This document shows, in pieces, positions 1 through 9,223 of a stretch of DNA of 64,000 bases; within the stretch, counting starts at the first letter, position 1, and each line of letters begins with the position of its first letter. Under the pieces are notes generated by a model, which saw only the letters and a list, made by a program, of their open reading frames with translations, made no database searches and was not told the origin of the DNA. Made by a program: the position numbers and the translations under genes. Source of the stretch: a bacterium (GTDB lineage Bacteria; Omnitrophota; Gorgyraeia; Zapsychrales; Zapsychraceae). Where the stretch lies: contig JAUIER010000001.1 of the NCBI GenBank assembly GCA_030429765.1, positions 202,877 through 266,876 of the forward strand, written 5' to 3'.

Positions 1-338
1 ATGCGGTGCAGCAGGTGATCCTGAATCTGATTGATAATGCCGTCAAGTATTCCAGCGAACACAAAACGATTGGGATTGAAGTTTCCGAAGACAAAGACAT
101 AGTCAGAGTGTTGGTTGAAGATGAAGGCATTGGAATCAGTCCCAAACTTTCCCGGGAGATATTTGAACCGTACTATCGGGTGGATGATAACCTTACAAGT
201 CGAACCCAGGGGACCGGATTAGGGTTAACCATAGCCGACAAAATCATCAAGGATCATCAGGGGCGCATCACGTTTCGACATAAGGAGCGTGGATCAATTT
301 TTATTGTCGAGCTGCCTATTTATAAGGAAACCGTATGA
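1..338 (+). CDS. sensor histidine kinase, C-terminal HATPase_c fragment (5' end lies outside the window)
   Basis: ORF runs off the left edge. N/G1/G2-box-like motifs 'VILNLIDNAVKY', 'DEGIGI', 'GTGLGLTIA'. Stop overlaps the start of the downstream response regulator (ATGA). Confidence 0.8.
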   Translation, partial: AVQQVILNLIDNAVKYSSEHKTIGIEVSEDKDIVRVLVEDEGIGISPKLSREIFEPYYRVDDNLTSRTQGTGLGLTIADKIIKDHQGRITFRHKERGSIFIVELPIYKETV

Positions 339-1030
339 AATCACAGATACTTATTGCCGAAGACAATGTTTCGATCCTGACGGGAATCGTCGACTATCTG
401 AACGCCGAGGGATTTGGTACCACCACGGCAACGAATGGACGGCAGGCCCTGGAGAAATATCATCAGGAATCGCCGGACTTGATCATTCTGGATATTATGA
501 TGCCGGAGTTAAGCGGTTATGATGTGTGTCAAGAGATCCGCCGGAGCGATCAGTTGACCAAGATCATTATGTTGACGGCCAAAGGTGATGAGACCGATAA
601 GGTGGTGGGTCTGGAAATGGGCGCCGATGATTATATTGTCAAACCGTTCAGTCTTAAGGAATTGTCCGCGCGGATTCGAGCTGTGCTGCGAAGAAATGGT
701 ACTGAGACCAAGCCGGACAGGCCCAGTTCGCTTGAATTTGGAGACGTGCGTATTGATACTCAGACACTCGTCGGCTATCGCGGAGATAATTCCTTTCCCG
801 TATCCATTCGTGAGATCGAGTTATTGCAATATTTCCTTAATAATGAAGGCCGGGCCCTGGACCGGAATCAAATCCTGGAGGATATCTGGGGCATTCATTA
901 TGGAGGGACCACGCGGACGCTGGATCAGCACATCGCCAAATTGCGGCAGAAGATCGAGCGATCACCCCAGGATCCGCAGCACATTATTACCGTCCATCGA
1001 GTGGGATACCGATTTGTCCGAAGTCCGTAA
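335..1030 (+). CDS. OmpR/PhoB-family response regulator (receiver + winged-helix)
   Basis: Receiver motifs 'ILIAEDN', 'DLIILDIMMPELSGYDV', 'IIMLTAKGDETDKVVGLEMGADDYIVKPF'. C-terminal wHTH 'RVGYRFV'. Translationally coupled to the upstream kinase. Confidence 0.85.
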   Translation: MKSQILIAEDNVSILTGIVDYLNAEGFGTTTATNGRQALEKYHQESPDLIILDIMMPELSGYDVCQEIRRSDQLTKIIMLTAKGDETDKVVGLEMGADDYIVKPFSLKELSARIRAVLRRNGTETKPDRPSSLEFGDVRIDTQTLVGYRGDNSFPVSIREIELLQYFLNNEGRALDRNQILEDIWGIHYGGTTRTLDQHIAKLRQKIERSPQDPQHIITVHRVGYRFVRSP

Positions 1031-1081
1031 TTTTACGGATATTCCATTGACCCGATGTTAGCCCTTTGCTAATTTTAGTTC

Positions 1082-2119
1082 ATGGACATTACCAGTCTTT
1101 TTAAGCAGGCCATCGAGAAGGAGGGCTCTGATATTCACCTGACGGTTGGCTTACCTCCCACCATGCGTCAGCATGGGGAACTGATGCCGATCAACGGCGC
1201 CACTGCGCTGACGGATTCTGATACGCGTAATCTGGCTTATTCCATTATCAATGAAGATCAAAAAAGTGAGTTCGAGAACGAGCGTGAGCTGGATTTTTCA
1301 CATTATGTCGAAGGGCTCGGTCGTTTTCGTGTCAATCTGTATTGGCAGCAGGACAAGATCGGCATGGCCGTGCGGGCCATTCCATCATTGATACCCGCCC
1401 CGGCGGATATCGGATTGTCCCAGGAGGTCGTCAATCTCACGGGTCTGAAAAATGGATTGGTGCTCGTCACCGGTCCGACGGGAAGCGGTAAATCCACCAC
1501 CCTTGCGTCGTTAATCAATCATATTAACTCGACCTCAAGCAAACATATCCTGACCATTGAGGATCCGATTGAGTTTGTGTATCAAAATGACAAGTCGATG
1601 ATTAATCAGCGTGAGGTCGGCGCGGATACCAAATCTTTTTCCAGCGCGTTAAAATCGGCCTTACGTGAAGATCCGGATGTGATTCTCGTCGGGGAGATGC
1701 GGGATCTGGACACGATTTCCGCGACGTTGACCATTGCCGAGACCGGTCATTTGGCCTTCGCGACTTTGCACACCAATGACGCCGCGCAAACCATTGATCG
1801 TGTGATCGACGTCTTTCCGCCGCATCATCAGCAGCAGATCCGGATGATGTTGTCCGTGGTTCTCAGAGGAATTATTTGTCAGCAATTGCTGCCGCGCAAA
1901 GACGGCAACGGACGGGTCGCCGCCAGGGAAATCCTCTTTGCGGATTCCGCCATTGCTAATATGATCCGTGAAGGACAGACCCCGCAAATTTACTCGCGGA
2001 TCCAGACCGGTGGAGAGCAGGGGATGCAGACGCTCGATTCCGAGATTCAGCGGCTCTATAAGGAAGATATCATTTCGGCCGAAATCGCCGAAAAATTTAT
2101 GGCCCGCCTGGCTGTTTAA
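1082..2119 (+). CDS. pilT: twitching-motility retraction ATPase PilT
   Basis: 345 aa. Walker A 'GPTGSGKST'. PilT-type C-terminus 'IANMIREGQTPQIYSRIQTGGEQGMQTLDSEI'. Asp/His boxes present. Confidence 0.8.
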   Translation: MDITSLFKQAIEKEGSDIHLTVGLPPTMRQHGELMPINGATALTDSDTRNLAYSIINEDQKSEFENERELDFSHYVEGLGRFRVNLYWQQDKIGMAVRAIPSLIPAPADIGLSQEVVNLTGLKNGLVLVTGPTGSGKSTTLASLINHINSTSSKHILTIEDPIEFVYQNDKSMINQREVGADTKSFSSALKSALREDPDVILVGEMRDLDTISATLTIAETGHLAFATLHTNDAAQTIDRVIDVFPPHHQQQIRMMLSVVLRGIICQQLLPRKDGNGRVAAREILFADSAIANMIREGQTPQIYSRIQTGGEQGMQTLDSEIQRLYKEDIISAEIAEKFMARLAV

Positions 2120-2120
2120 T

Positions 2121-4115
2121 TCAAGCCGTTATTTTCTCCCGCAAACGATTTAAATCATCATCCAATCCATCCGTTTGTAAATTTCCAAATCGATAGCGCT
2201 CGTAAGTCGTCACAAACTCCGCGCAGGCCTGGTATGCCACTGACTCATCCGACAGTTTTTGTTTGAGCCGATCAAGGAGTTCGGTATTGGTTTCACTCTC
2301 ACCCGGACGAATGCCGTATTGCTGTTGAAGCAGTTTTTCAAACTCTTGATAAATACGATGAAATTGTTTGATGGATTTCAAGCGTGAGGCAAGGGCCCGT
2401 TCAGATCCCGGCGCGCGCAGGTAGCGGATGAATCGTGTAATCGTCGGATAATTGCGGATAAACACCAGGATAAACAACACGGCGATCAATCGGGTTAGCA
2501 GTTTTTCAGTTTCCAGGTTTTTGAATTCGGAGCGGAAGCGGACCATCGCCAGCCAGATGGCATCGGCGATCTGGTTGATCCTGCGTCCGGTGTTGATCGC
2601 GTTATTGCGGGCATCAGGCGGAGTGGGATCAAACCGGACCCACTCCGAGCGGCCGCTGGCGACGGGAAGATAGGCCTCCACCCAGGCATGAGCGTCGCGC
2701 ACCCGGACCCGGACTTTTTGATCGCGGCGGCCGGTGAGTTCGGTTCCCAGAAATCCGACCACCATCCGGGAAGGGATTCCGACACTGCGCAGCATCACGG
2801 CCATCGCTGACGAGAAAAACGAGCAATACGCGTCGGGCCGTTGGTCGATGAGGTACAACAGACCATTGTCGTCCGCCTTGAAGTTTACATCCAGGGAGTA
2901 TCCATAGTTATTTCTGAAATGCTGTTCCACGGTGACGGCAATCTCGGCCGCGTTGCGCTTGTCACCGATAATCGGGTGGAGATAGTGCCGCAGCAAATCA
3001 GCAAATCGCGGTTCGATTTGCGTGTACTTGGCCCGGTCAATCGGCATGGCGTTGAACTGTGATGCCCGTTCTTCCGATCCGGTGACAACGACTTTGTGGA
3101 TATTAGGATTCTCACTGTATACCAGACCATTGGGGTCATATTCGTAGGGGCCGTTGTTGCCTTGCACGCTGATAATCCCACGCGGGGTGGGGATCACCGT
3201 CTTGAGATTCTCAAACATGGTGATCGTAATCGGATTTTCACCGGACGCGGGATCTTCGTCAAACGGCGTCCGTTCAAGTTCCTGATCCGAAAACCACAAA
3301 CCGTTCTCATATTTTTCAAAGATTTGGGCGTTCAGATAGATCGGCCGGTCCGAGATCCGGTCAATTTCCAGTACGGGATGAATATCACGTCCGCTGTAAC
3401 CCGGTCCCTGGATTTGCAACACCGGATCAAATTTAAAGAAATGATGGTTCTTGTAGCCGAAGGCATAGTCACGCATAAACTTCATGTACAACATGTCGCC
3501 GATCTTGAAGGCAAAGACCAGTGTGGTTGACAAGGCAGCGACAATCATAAAAAAGACGATGATATAAGGCAGGCGTTTGATGAGTGATGCGGATTTAGGT
3601 GACCGTCCTCTGAAATTGATCACCGGTTTGAAAATAATCACCCCGATGTTAATCACAATAAAGACCAGAAACGCGATGAGCGACGGATAGGTAAAGTTGA
3701 CATTGACCGACAGGGACGCCGTTAACCAGGCCATCAGCCGCAGGAAGAAAAACCGGTATACATATTTGGTATTGAACCACAGAAACAGGGCGATGAAAAT
3801 CGAACCGGATTGCAGGATGAATATCGCATATGATTGAAAGAAATCCGACGGATAATTACGGGGAAGCAGCGTAATCCAAACCCAGCCAAGTAGTAAAGAC
3901 ACACTCAGGACGGTCGCCCATGAAAATGATTTGGTGGGAACGAATGTTCGCCGCTCGGGCTTGGCCAGGATTTGAATGGTGGATAACACAATGAGCAGGG
4001 AGGCCATTGCCGGCAGGATGAAATCTTCCTGACAAGTCCCGTAAACCACCCAACTGGACAGGAGGACCAGCAGGATCTCGATCATATCGTAACGCGGGAT
4101 GGTTGTCTTTTTCAT
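2121..4115 (-). CDS. transglutaminase-like protein with N-terminal polytopic membrane domain (DUF3488/TGase architecture)
   Basis: 664 aa with multiple N-terminal TM helices. Cys-His-Asp core 'DAYCSFFSSAMAVMLRSVGIPSRMVVGF' ... 'DAHAWVEAY'. 4-nt overlap with the upstream DUF58 gene. Confidence 0.75.
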   Translation of the reverse strand: MKKTTIPRYDMIEILLVLLSSWVVYGTCQEDFILPAMASLLIVLSTIQILAKPERRTFVPTKSFSWATVLSVSLLLGWVWITLLPRNYPSDFFQSYAIFILQSGSIFIALFLWFNTKYVYRFFFLRLMAWLTASLSVNVNFTYPSLIAFLVFIVINIGVIIFKPVINFRGRSPKSASLIKRLPYIIVFFMIVAALSTTLVFAFKIGDMLYMKFMRDYAFGYKNHHFFKFDPVLQIQGPGYSGRDIHPVLEIDRISDRPIYLNAQIFEKYENGLWFSDQELERTPFDEDPASGENPITITMFENLKTVIPTPRGIISVQGNNGPYEYDPNGLVYSENPNIHKVVVTGSEERASQFNAMPIDRAKYTQIEPRFADLLRHYLHPIIGDKRNAAEIAVTVEQHFRNNYGYSLDVNFKADDNGLLYLIDQRPDAYCSFFSSAMAVMLRSVGIPSRMVVGFLGTELTGRRDQKVRVRVRDAHAWVEAYLPVASGRSEWVRFDPTPPDARNNAINTGRRINQIADAIWLAMVRFRSEFKNLETEKLLTRLIAVLFILVFIRNYPTITRFIRYLRAPGSERALASRLKSIKQFHRIYQEFEKLLQQQYGIRPGESETNTELLDRLKQKLSDESVAYQACAEFVTTYERYRFGNLQTDGLDDDLNRLREKITA

Positions 4116-5356
4116 TGCACAAGTTCCGATTTATCCTTGAGTGCTGAGACAGTGACGTCCTGGTCCGGTATGGAGGATAGATCTCCATTTTGAACGATGA
4201 CAATCCGTACATTGATACCGAGGTTTTTAAGGTACTGACACAGTTGTGAGCGCGGTTCATCCCAATCGCCGAGAATGACCACGGCGGACGATTGCGGCGC
4301 CAGCGTTCGTTTTAATCCCATTTGAATATGGTCGAAACTAAGCGACTTACGGCCGTCAGTGCCAGCCAGTATCTTGAGGATATCATCAAGATAAGTCACC
4401 GGATTGCCTTTCTCAAATTCATAGATCGATTCTCCCACGGCCAAAACATCGACGAGATAACCGCGGTTGGACAAACCATCGGCAATCCCCGCGGCCAGTG
4501 CGATGCGGCGCTCAAGATGACGGTTCTTGCGGCGCCGGAAGAATTGAGTGTCAACAAAAATGGCCGTACGGACAAAGTATTCGTCGATATACTCTTTAAC
4601 TATTAACTTGCCGGTGTGGGCGAAGCCTGCCCAGTGAATATCCTTGAGACGATCCCCGTACCGATATTCACGTGTTCCGAAAAATTCATTAGATTCACCT
4701 TTGGTGGTGGAGATCGCAATGCCGCCGGGCTGAAAAACCGACTGCAGTGGTAATTCAAATTGATATTGAGGTTCATACTTGGGGTACACCGTCAGCTTTT
4801 CTTTTTGACCGCGTAGGATGGGGCGTCGGACCAGATTCAGCGGATATGAACTTCCGATCAGGATACGGGGGAGATTGTAAACGCCGCGATAACGGCACCG
4901 GATCACCAGCGTAACGATCTGCGTTTCGCCCGGACGCAAGACGGCAATCGAGTTTTCATAGTCCGCGTGATCAAAGGCATAGTATAAACCAAACGGTAGA
5001 ATACCCTCGGTGACGTACACATCATACGCCGGTCGCCGTCCGATGTTTGTCACAGCGACTTGATAGATGCAATGGTCACCCGCGTGAACGTTATTGGGAA
5101 ACCGCCGATAGACTTCGACTTTCGGAACAAAGAAAAAACTGGCGATGAAGGCCGTCAACAGAATCGAAAGGATGATGCTGGTCATCACATAGGCTGATAC
5201 ATGCAGGCCGGGAGAGGCGATTCCCGTCGAGACGAACAGTGCGGTGACGAGCGTCATGCCGTGCGGCGTGAGCCAGGCATAACTGTTGGCCGAGAACCAT
5301 TTGATAAACGAATGGTCGCGGGCCGGCATAAAAAATGACCATCGTGGCTTGGGCAT
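4112..5356 (-). CDS. DUF58 family protein (vWA-like, MoxR partner) with N-terminal TM helices
   Basis: 414 aa. Two N-terminal TM segments followed by a DUF58-like region. Sits between MoxR and the TGase, which is the canonical MoxR-DUF58-TGase triad. Confidence 0.65.
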   Translation of the reverse strand: MPKPRWSFFMPARDHSFIKWFSANSYAWLTPHGMTLVTALFVSTGIASPGLHVSAYVMTSIILSILLTAFIASFFFVPKVEVYRRFPNNVHAGDHCIYQVAVTNIGRRPAYDVYVTEGILPFGLYYAFDHADYENSIAVLRPGETQIVTLVIRCRYRGVYNLPRILIGSSYPLNLVRRPILRGQKEKLTVYPKYEPQYQFELPLQSVFQPGGIAISTTKGESNEFFGTREYRYGDRLKDIHWAGFAHTGKLIVKEYIDEYFVRTAIFVDTQFFRRRKNRHLERRIALAAGIADGLSNRGYLVDVLAVGESIYEFEKGNPVTYLDDILKILAGTDGRKSLSFDHIQMGLKRTLAPQSSAVVILGDWDEPRSQLCQYLKNLGINVRIVIVQNGDLSSIPDQDVTVSALKDKSELVQ

Positions 5357-6303
5357 CAGCGGGGTACTTTAATGGATGAAACAATATCCTGAATGATTTT
5401 ACTCTGGGTAACGCCTCCGTACTGGGCCTTGGTCTCCAGTAAAATGCGGTGGGCCAGGACCGGTTCGGCCAGGACTTTGATATCCTCGGGGATCACATAA
5501 TCGCGTTCGTGCAGAATCGCGCGCGCGCGGACTATCCGGGCGTAAAGTAAAGCTCCCCGGGTGGAAACGCCTAGCCGTAAATTGGCATGATTCCGGGTAG
5601 CTTCGACGATGCTGAGGATATACTCGGCCACTGTTTCTTCGATCTTGATATCATCGATCAGTTGCTGCAACCGTCTGAGATCTTCCAGACTGAGCACGGC
5701 GGAAATTCCGTCGACCGGATCGGACGTCGTCCGGTTGATCAAAAGACTTTGTTCCTTGGCCTTGGGCGGATAACCCAGATCGATCTGCAGCATAAACCGG
5801 TCCAGTTGAGCTTCAGGTAAGGGATACGTTCCGTGATATTCGACCGGATTCTGCGTGGCCAGGACAATGAACGGTCCGGGCAGCGGGTGACTTTTTCCAT
5901 CGATCGTGACCTGTTGTTCGCTCATCGCTTCGAGTAGAGCTGATTGAGTGCGCGGCGACGCGCGGTTGATCTCATCGGCCAGGACAATGTTGGCAAATAG
6001 CGGGCCGGGTTTAAAGGTAAAGGTTGATTCCTTCTGATTAAAAATGTTAATGCCGGTGATATCCGTCGGTAATAGATCAGGAGTGAATTGAACCCGATTG
6101 AACGATCCGTCGACCGTACGGGCGAGCGATCGGGCCAGGGTGGTTTTGCCAATGCCCGGGATGTCTTCAATCAGGATGTGTCCAGAGGCCACAAGGGCCA
6201 GGATCACCAGCTCGATTTTATCTTCCTTACCCTGGACCACCAGCGCTAAATTGGTCCGGGCTGATTTCATGATTTGACTGGCGTCAGAAATAGGTATTGT
6301 CAT
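5356..6303 (-). CDS. MoxR-family AAA+ ATPase
   Basis: 315 aa. Walker A 'GIPGIGKTTLARSLA', Walker B 'LADEINRASPRTQSALLEAM', MoxR-like C-terminus. Confidence 0.85.
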   Translation of the reverse strand: MTIPISDASQIMKSARTNLALVVQGKEDKIELVILALVASGHILIEDIPGIGKTTLARSLARTVDGSFNRVQFTPDLLPTDITGINIFNQKESTFTFKPGPLFANIVLADEINRASPRTQSALLEAMSEQQVTIDGKSHPLPGPFIVLATQNPVEYHGTYPLPEAQLDRFMLQIDLGYPPKAKEQSLLINRTTSDPVDGISAVLSLEDLRRLQQLIDDIKIEETVAEYILSIVEATRNHANLRLGVSTRGALLYARIVRARAILHERDYVIPEDIKVLAEPVLAHRILLETKAQYGGVTQSKIIQDIVSSIKVPR

Positions 6304-6340
6304 AAGGTCCTGTTTCCTGTTCGGTGGTGATTAAATCGGA

Positions 6341-7984
6341 TTATTGCAAATTGTCGAGGTCTTTACGCATTAGGTCTGCCTCAGCGGCACGCCCCGTTAT
6401 CACGTAAAGCTCAACGAGCAGCTCACGCGGATTCCGGAGCAGTCGATCAAAGTGAATGGCTCCCTTGAGATGATGTTCCGCGTTTTTATAGTCTTCCATT
6501 TTAAAATACGTGGCGCCCAGGTAAAAATGCGTCTGGGCATCGGCATAATTAGATTTTAACATCCCGCTGAAATATTGCTGAGCCTCTTTGAGATTATTTA
6601 GTTTCAGCGCGATGATTCCAAGGTTGCCCCGGATTTGCGATTGCCGGAACGGTGTTCCTTCAATTGTTTGAAAATGTTTACGTGCCCGTTCATATTGACC
6701 ATGATTCAGGTAGTAATGGCCTAGCCAGAAATTGGGCCAGAAATTTGCGGGTGAAACCGAAAGCCAGTACTGTCCGTATGATTCTTCTGAATGCCAATGT
6801 TTATTGTATGTATGGGTAGACGTGGCAAAAAGCAGAATGAACAGACTGAAAAAAATCACACTAAAAGGTTGGCGGACCTTTAAGAAGGTCTCTGCAAGAA
6901 TGACGCAGAATCCGATCGAGCTGTAAAACAGCCAGTGCGATTGAATCACAAAACCCAGGAACGGCCGGGAAAAACAGGCCAGGGCGATTGGGATACATCC
7001 AATGGCCAGCCACGCGACACCAAAGCGGTAAGGGCTTGTGCAGCGTTTGGAAAAGACAATCACGAGGGCTGCCAAGGCCGCCAGAATGGTCCCGATGATC
7101 CAGGTCACAAGTCCCTGACGGATGATGGGGGTGTCCCAGGCCAGGACGATCCCATCGAGTGTGATCAGTTTCGTGATATACCAGACGATCAGCCGGGCAT
7201 AGCTGGCGATATATTCCGGAAATGTGACGGCGTATAGCTTTATGTAGCTGAGGACATTGGCTTCACTATGAAGCAAGTGAGAGCGTAACACCACAAATCC
7301 CACGACGAGTAAACCAAAAGGGACGGCGGCGGCGAAGGATTGCTTAAATGAAAATTGTTTGGAGCAATACAAGGCGGCAAATACGTACAGGGGGAATGCC
7401 ACCACGACTTCGTGACAGAAGATGGCCAGCGTGAACCATATCAGGCTGAGCAAAAAACGCATGACCGATTTGTTCTCTTTGAGAAAAATCACGTAGTGTA
7501 GGACGCTCAAACAAAGCGCCAGAATCATAAATGAAAAGGAGGTCGCGTTCTTGTAATTTACGGCCACACTATTAATCGGATGTGTGCAAAACAGCATCGC
7601 GGTAAAAAGTGACAGCAAACGCCGTTCGAACAACACCTGCATCAGTCGATACAACGCCAATCCCGCGCACGTGAAGATTAGCAGGTTGAGCAGGTGATAG
7701 GCAACGGCCTTTTTGTCAAACATCACAAAGGTGACAAAATTAAAAAACTCTGTAACCGGTCGAAGGTATACCTGGGATTTAAGGGACTTGAGGTCAAAGT
7801 CCAGAAAATTTTTGTGCAGAAAATCGGTGTTGTTGAGCAGGCGCGGATAATCGTCCATCAAGAACCCGCTATTCAACGCGTTGCTGAATGTCAGTAGACA
7901 GGTCAGGACAATAAGCAATGGAGCTATCCATCGCAGACGGGAGTCATTGAAAAAATGTGAGGTCGATTGTTTGGAAATTGTCAT
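6341..7984 (-). CDS. polytopic membrane protein with C-terminal TPR repeats, GT-C (PMT/ArnT-like) glycosyltransferase-like
   Basis: 547 aa. About 10 TM helices. N-terminal 'FLMDDYPRL' loop typical of PMT_2-type GT-C enzymes. C-terminal TPR-like repeats ('YLGATYFKMEDYKNAEHHLKGA'). Confidence 0.45.
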   Translation of the reverse strand: MTISKQSTSHFFNDSRLRWIAPLLIVLTCLLTFSNALNSGFLMDDYPRLLNNTDFLHKNFLDFDLKSLKSQVYLRPVTEFFNFVTFVMFDKKAVAYHLLNLLIFTCAGLALYRLMQVLFERRLLSLFTAMLFCTHPINSVAVNYKNATSFSFMILALCLSVLHYVIFLKENKSVMRFLLSLIWFTLAIFCHEVVVAFPLYVFAALYCSKQFSFKQSFAAAVPFGLLVVGFVVLRSHLLHSEANVLSYIKLYAVTFPEYIASYARLIVWYITKLITLDGIVLAWDTPIIRQGLVTWIIGTILAALAALVIVFSKRCTSPYRFGVAWLAIGCIPIALACFSRPFLGFVIQSHWLFYSSIGFCVILAETFLKVRQPFSVIFFSLFILLFATSTHTYNKHWHSEESYGQYWLSVSPANFWPNFWLGHYYLNHGQYERARKHFQTIEGTPFRQSQIRGNLGIIALKLNNLKEAQQYFSGMLKSNYADAQTHFYLGATYFKMEDYKNAEHHLKGAIHFDRLLRNPRELLVELYVITGRAAEADLMRKDLDNLQ

Positions 7985-7992
7985 ATGTCCGA

Positions 7993-9093
7993 TTAGCGCG
8001 AAAATTCTTCACTGGACGAGAACGCGTCGAGCTTGCCCGACATCAGCTGAGCCACGACCTGTGTGTATTCAATGCGCGCCAGCACGATTTTAATCACGGC
8101 GGTAATAGGGACTGCCAAAAACATTCCCACGATGCCCCAGATCATCCCAAAGAAAATCAAGGCCATCAGCACCGTGATTGGATGCAGTTCCAGGGACTCA
8201 CCCATGATTTTCGGCGCGAGAATATTGCCGATACCGAATTGAATCACGCCCGGTATCGCGAAGGCCATCACCTTGGCCACGGTTGACATCTCCGGATTGA
8301 GCAGGACCACAGGCAGGGGGAGAAGAGTGGCCACGATTGAGCCGATATTGGGAATAAAATTCAAGAGCATGGCTAATACGCCGAAGACCAGGGCAAACTT
8401 CACCTTCAGAAAAAACAGGGTTATACCGACGAGCGCGCCGGTCAGGGTTGAGATGAAAAACATCGCGACCACATAGCGCTTGATACGTGATTCAATATTA
8501 AAGAGTAGACTACCCTCGCGTTGTTTGGGCGGTTGTTTACCGATGAGCAGAAAGATCATGAAGATAATCACCAGTAGACTGCTGGACAGCACACTTAGAA
8601 ATCCGCTGACCGTTCCCTTGACCACATTTCCGACCGTTACGGCCGAGGTCTCCAGGATTTTTCGGGTGGCTTCTTCTTTTTCGATCCCGAAACGTTCCAG
8701 CGGAAGCTTGTTGAACGAGTCACGGATCAGAAGCCGGATGTTGGATTGGTAGTCAGTGGCTGAGCTTGAGATCTGAGTAACCGAGGCGGAAATCAAAATG
8801 CTGAACAAGGTCAGCAATACCAGTCCCAGGACAATGGTGAGGAAAATGGCCAGGCCGCGCGGACATTTGAGAACCCGCATGAGAAAATCGATGATCGGTG
8901 TCAGGGAATAGGTGAAGAAGAGGGCCAGGACAAAGGGGATCAGCACCGGTTTCAAAAAGTACAAGGCAAAGCAGATCACAAACGCACTGATAATGCACAG
9001 GCAAATGGTCTGAAACCGGAATTCTTTGTTGGGAATTTCCATCACGGTTTTATTATAGTGTGTTTGCGGGCAATGTCCACGAATAAATTCCAA
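7993..9093 (-). CDS. AI-2E family transporter (PerM/UPF0118)
   Basis: 366 aa, 7-8 TM helices, AI-2E-like conserved C-terminal region. Start may be the internal Met ('MEIPNKEF', about 9039). Confidence 0.7.
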   Translation of the reverse strand: MEFIRGHCPQTHYNKTVMEIPNKEFRFQTICLCIISAFVICFALYFLKPVLIPFVLALFFTYSLTPIIDFLMRVLKCPRGLAIFLTIVLGLVLLTLFSILISASVTQISSSATDYQSNIRLLIRDSFNKLPLERFGIEKEEATRKILETSAVTVGNVVKGTVSGFLSVLSSSLLVIIFMIFLLIGKQPPKQREGSLLFNIESRIKRYVVAMFFISTLTGALVGITLFFLKVKFALVFGVLAMLLNFIPNIGSIVATLLPLPVVLLNPEMSTVAKVMAFAIPGVIQFGIGNILAPKIMGESLELHPITVLMALIFFGMIWGIVGMFLAVPITAVIKIVLARIEYTQVVAQLMSGKLDAFSSSEEFSR

Positions 9094-9148
9094 ATCAAAT
9101 ACCCCATAAGTCTTGATATTCCAGTAGGTTATAGGTGTATTTTAAAGG

Positions 9149-9177
9149 TTGACATAAGATAATCGACCTGATATCAT
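9149..9177 (+). promoter_or_regulatory. sigma70-like promoter TTGACA-17-TATCAT upstream of the 9224 gene
   Basis: TTGACA at 9149-9154, TATCAT at 9172-9177, 17-nt spacer. Confidence 0.45.
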
Positions 9178-9223
9178 TTCCTTCTAAGCTGTTCGAATAA
9201 GAGTACTTACAGAGAAAATCAAA

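Noticed and set aside
585-1061. 158-aa + strand ORF overlapping the response regulator in another frame
   Set aside because: Fully embedded in a gene with strong receiver/wHTH motifs. No RBS. Translation has skewed composition typical of out-of-frame reading.
1303-1987. Antisense ORFs (1303-1518, 1661-1987) inside pilT, and the many similar minus-strand or alternate-frame ORFs listed inside confidently assigned genes (e.g. 2452-3530, 9386-10402, 20603-20916, 30133-31348, 48874-49665, 50044-50647)
   Set aside because: They overlap ORFs with clear family motifs on the other strand or frame. They are Arg/Pro/Ser-rich, as expected for GC-biased antisense frames, and have no initiation signals.
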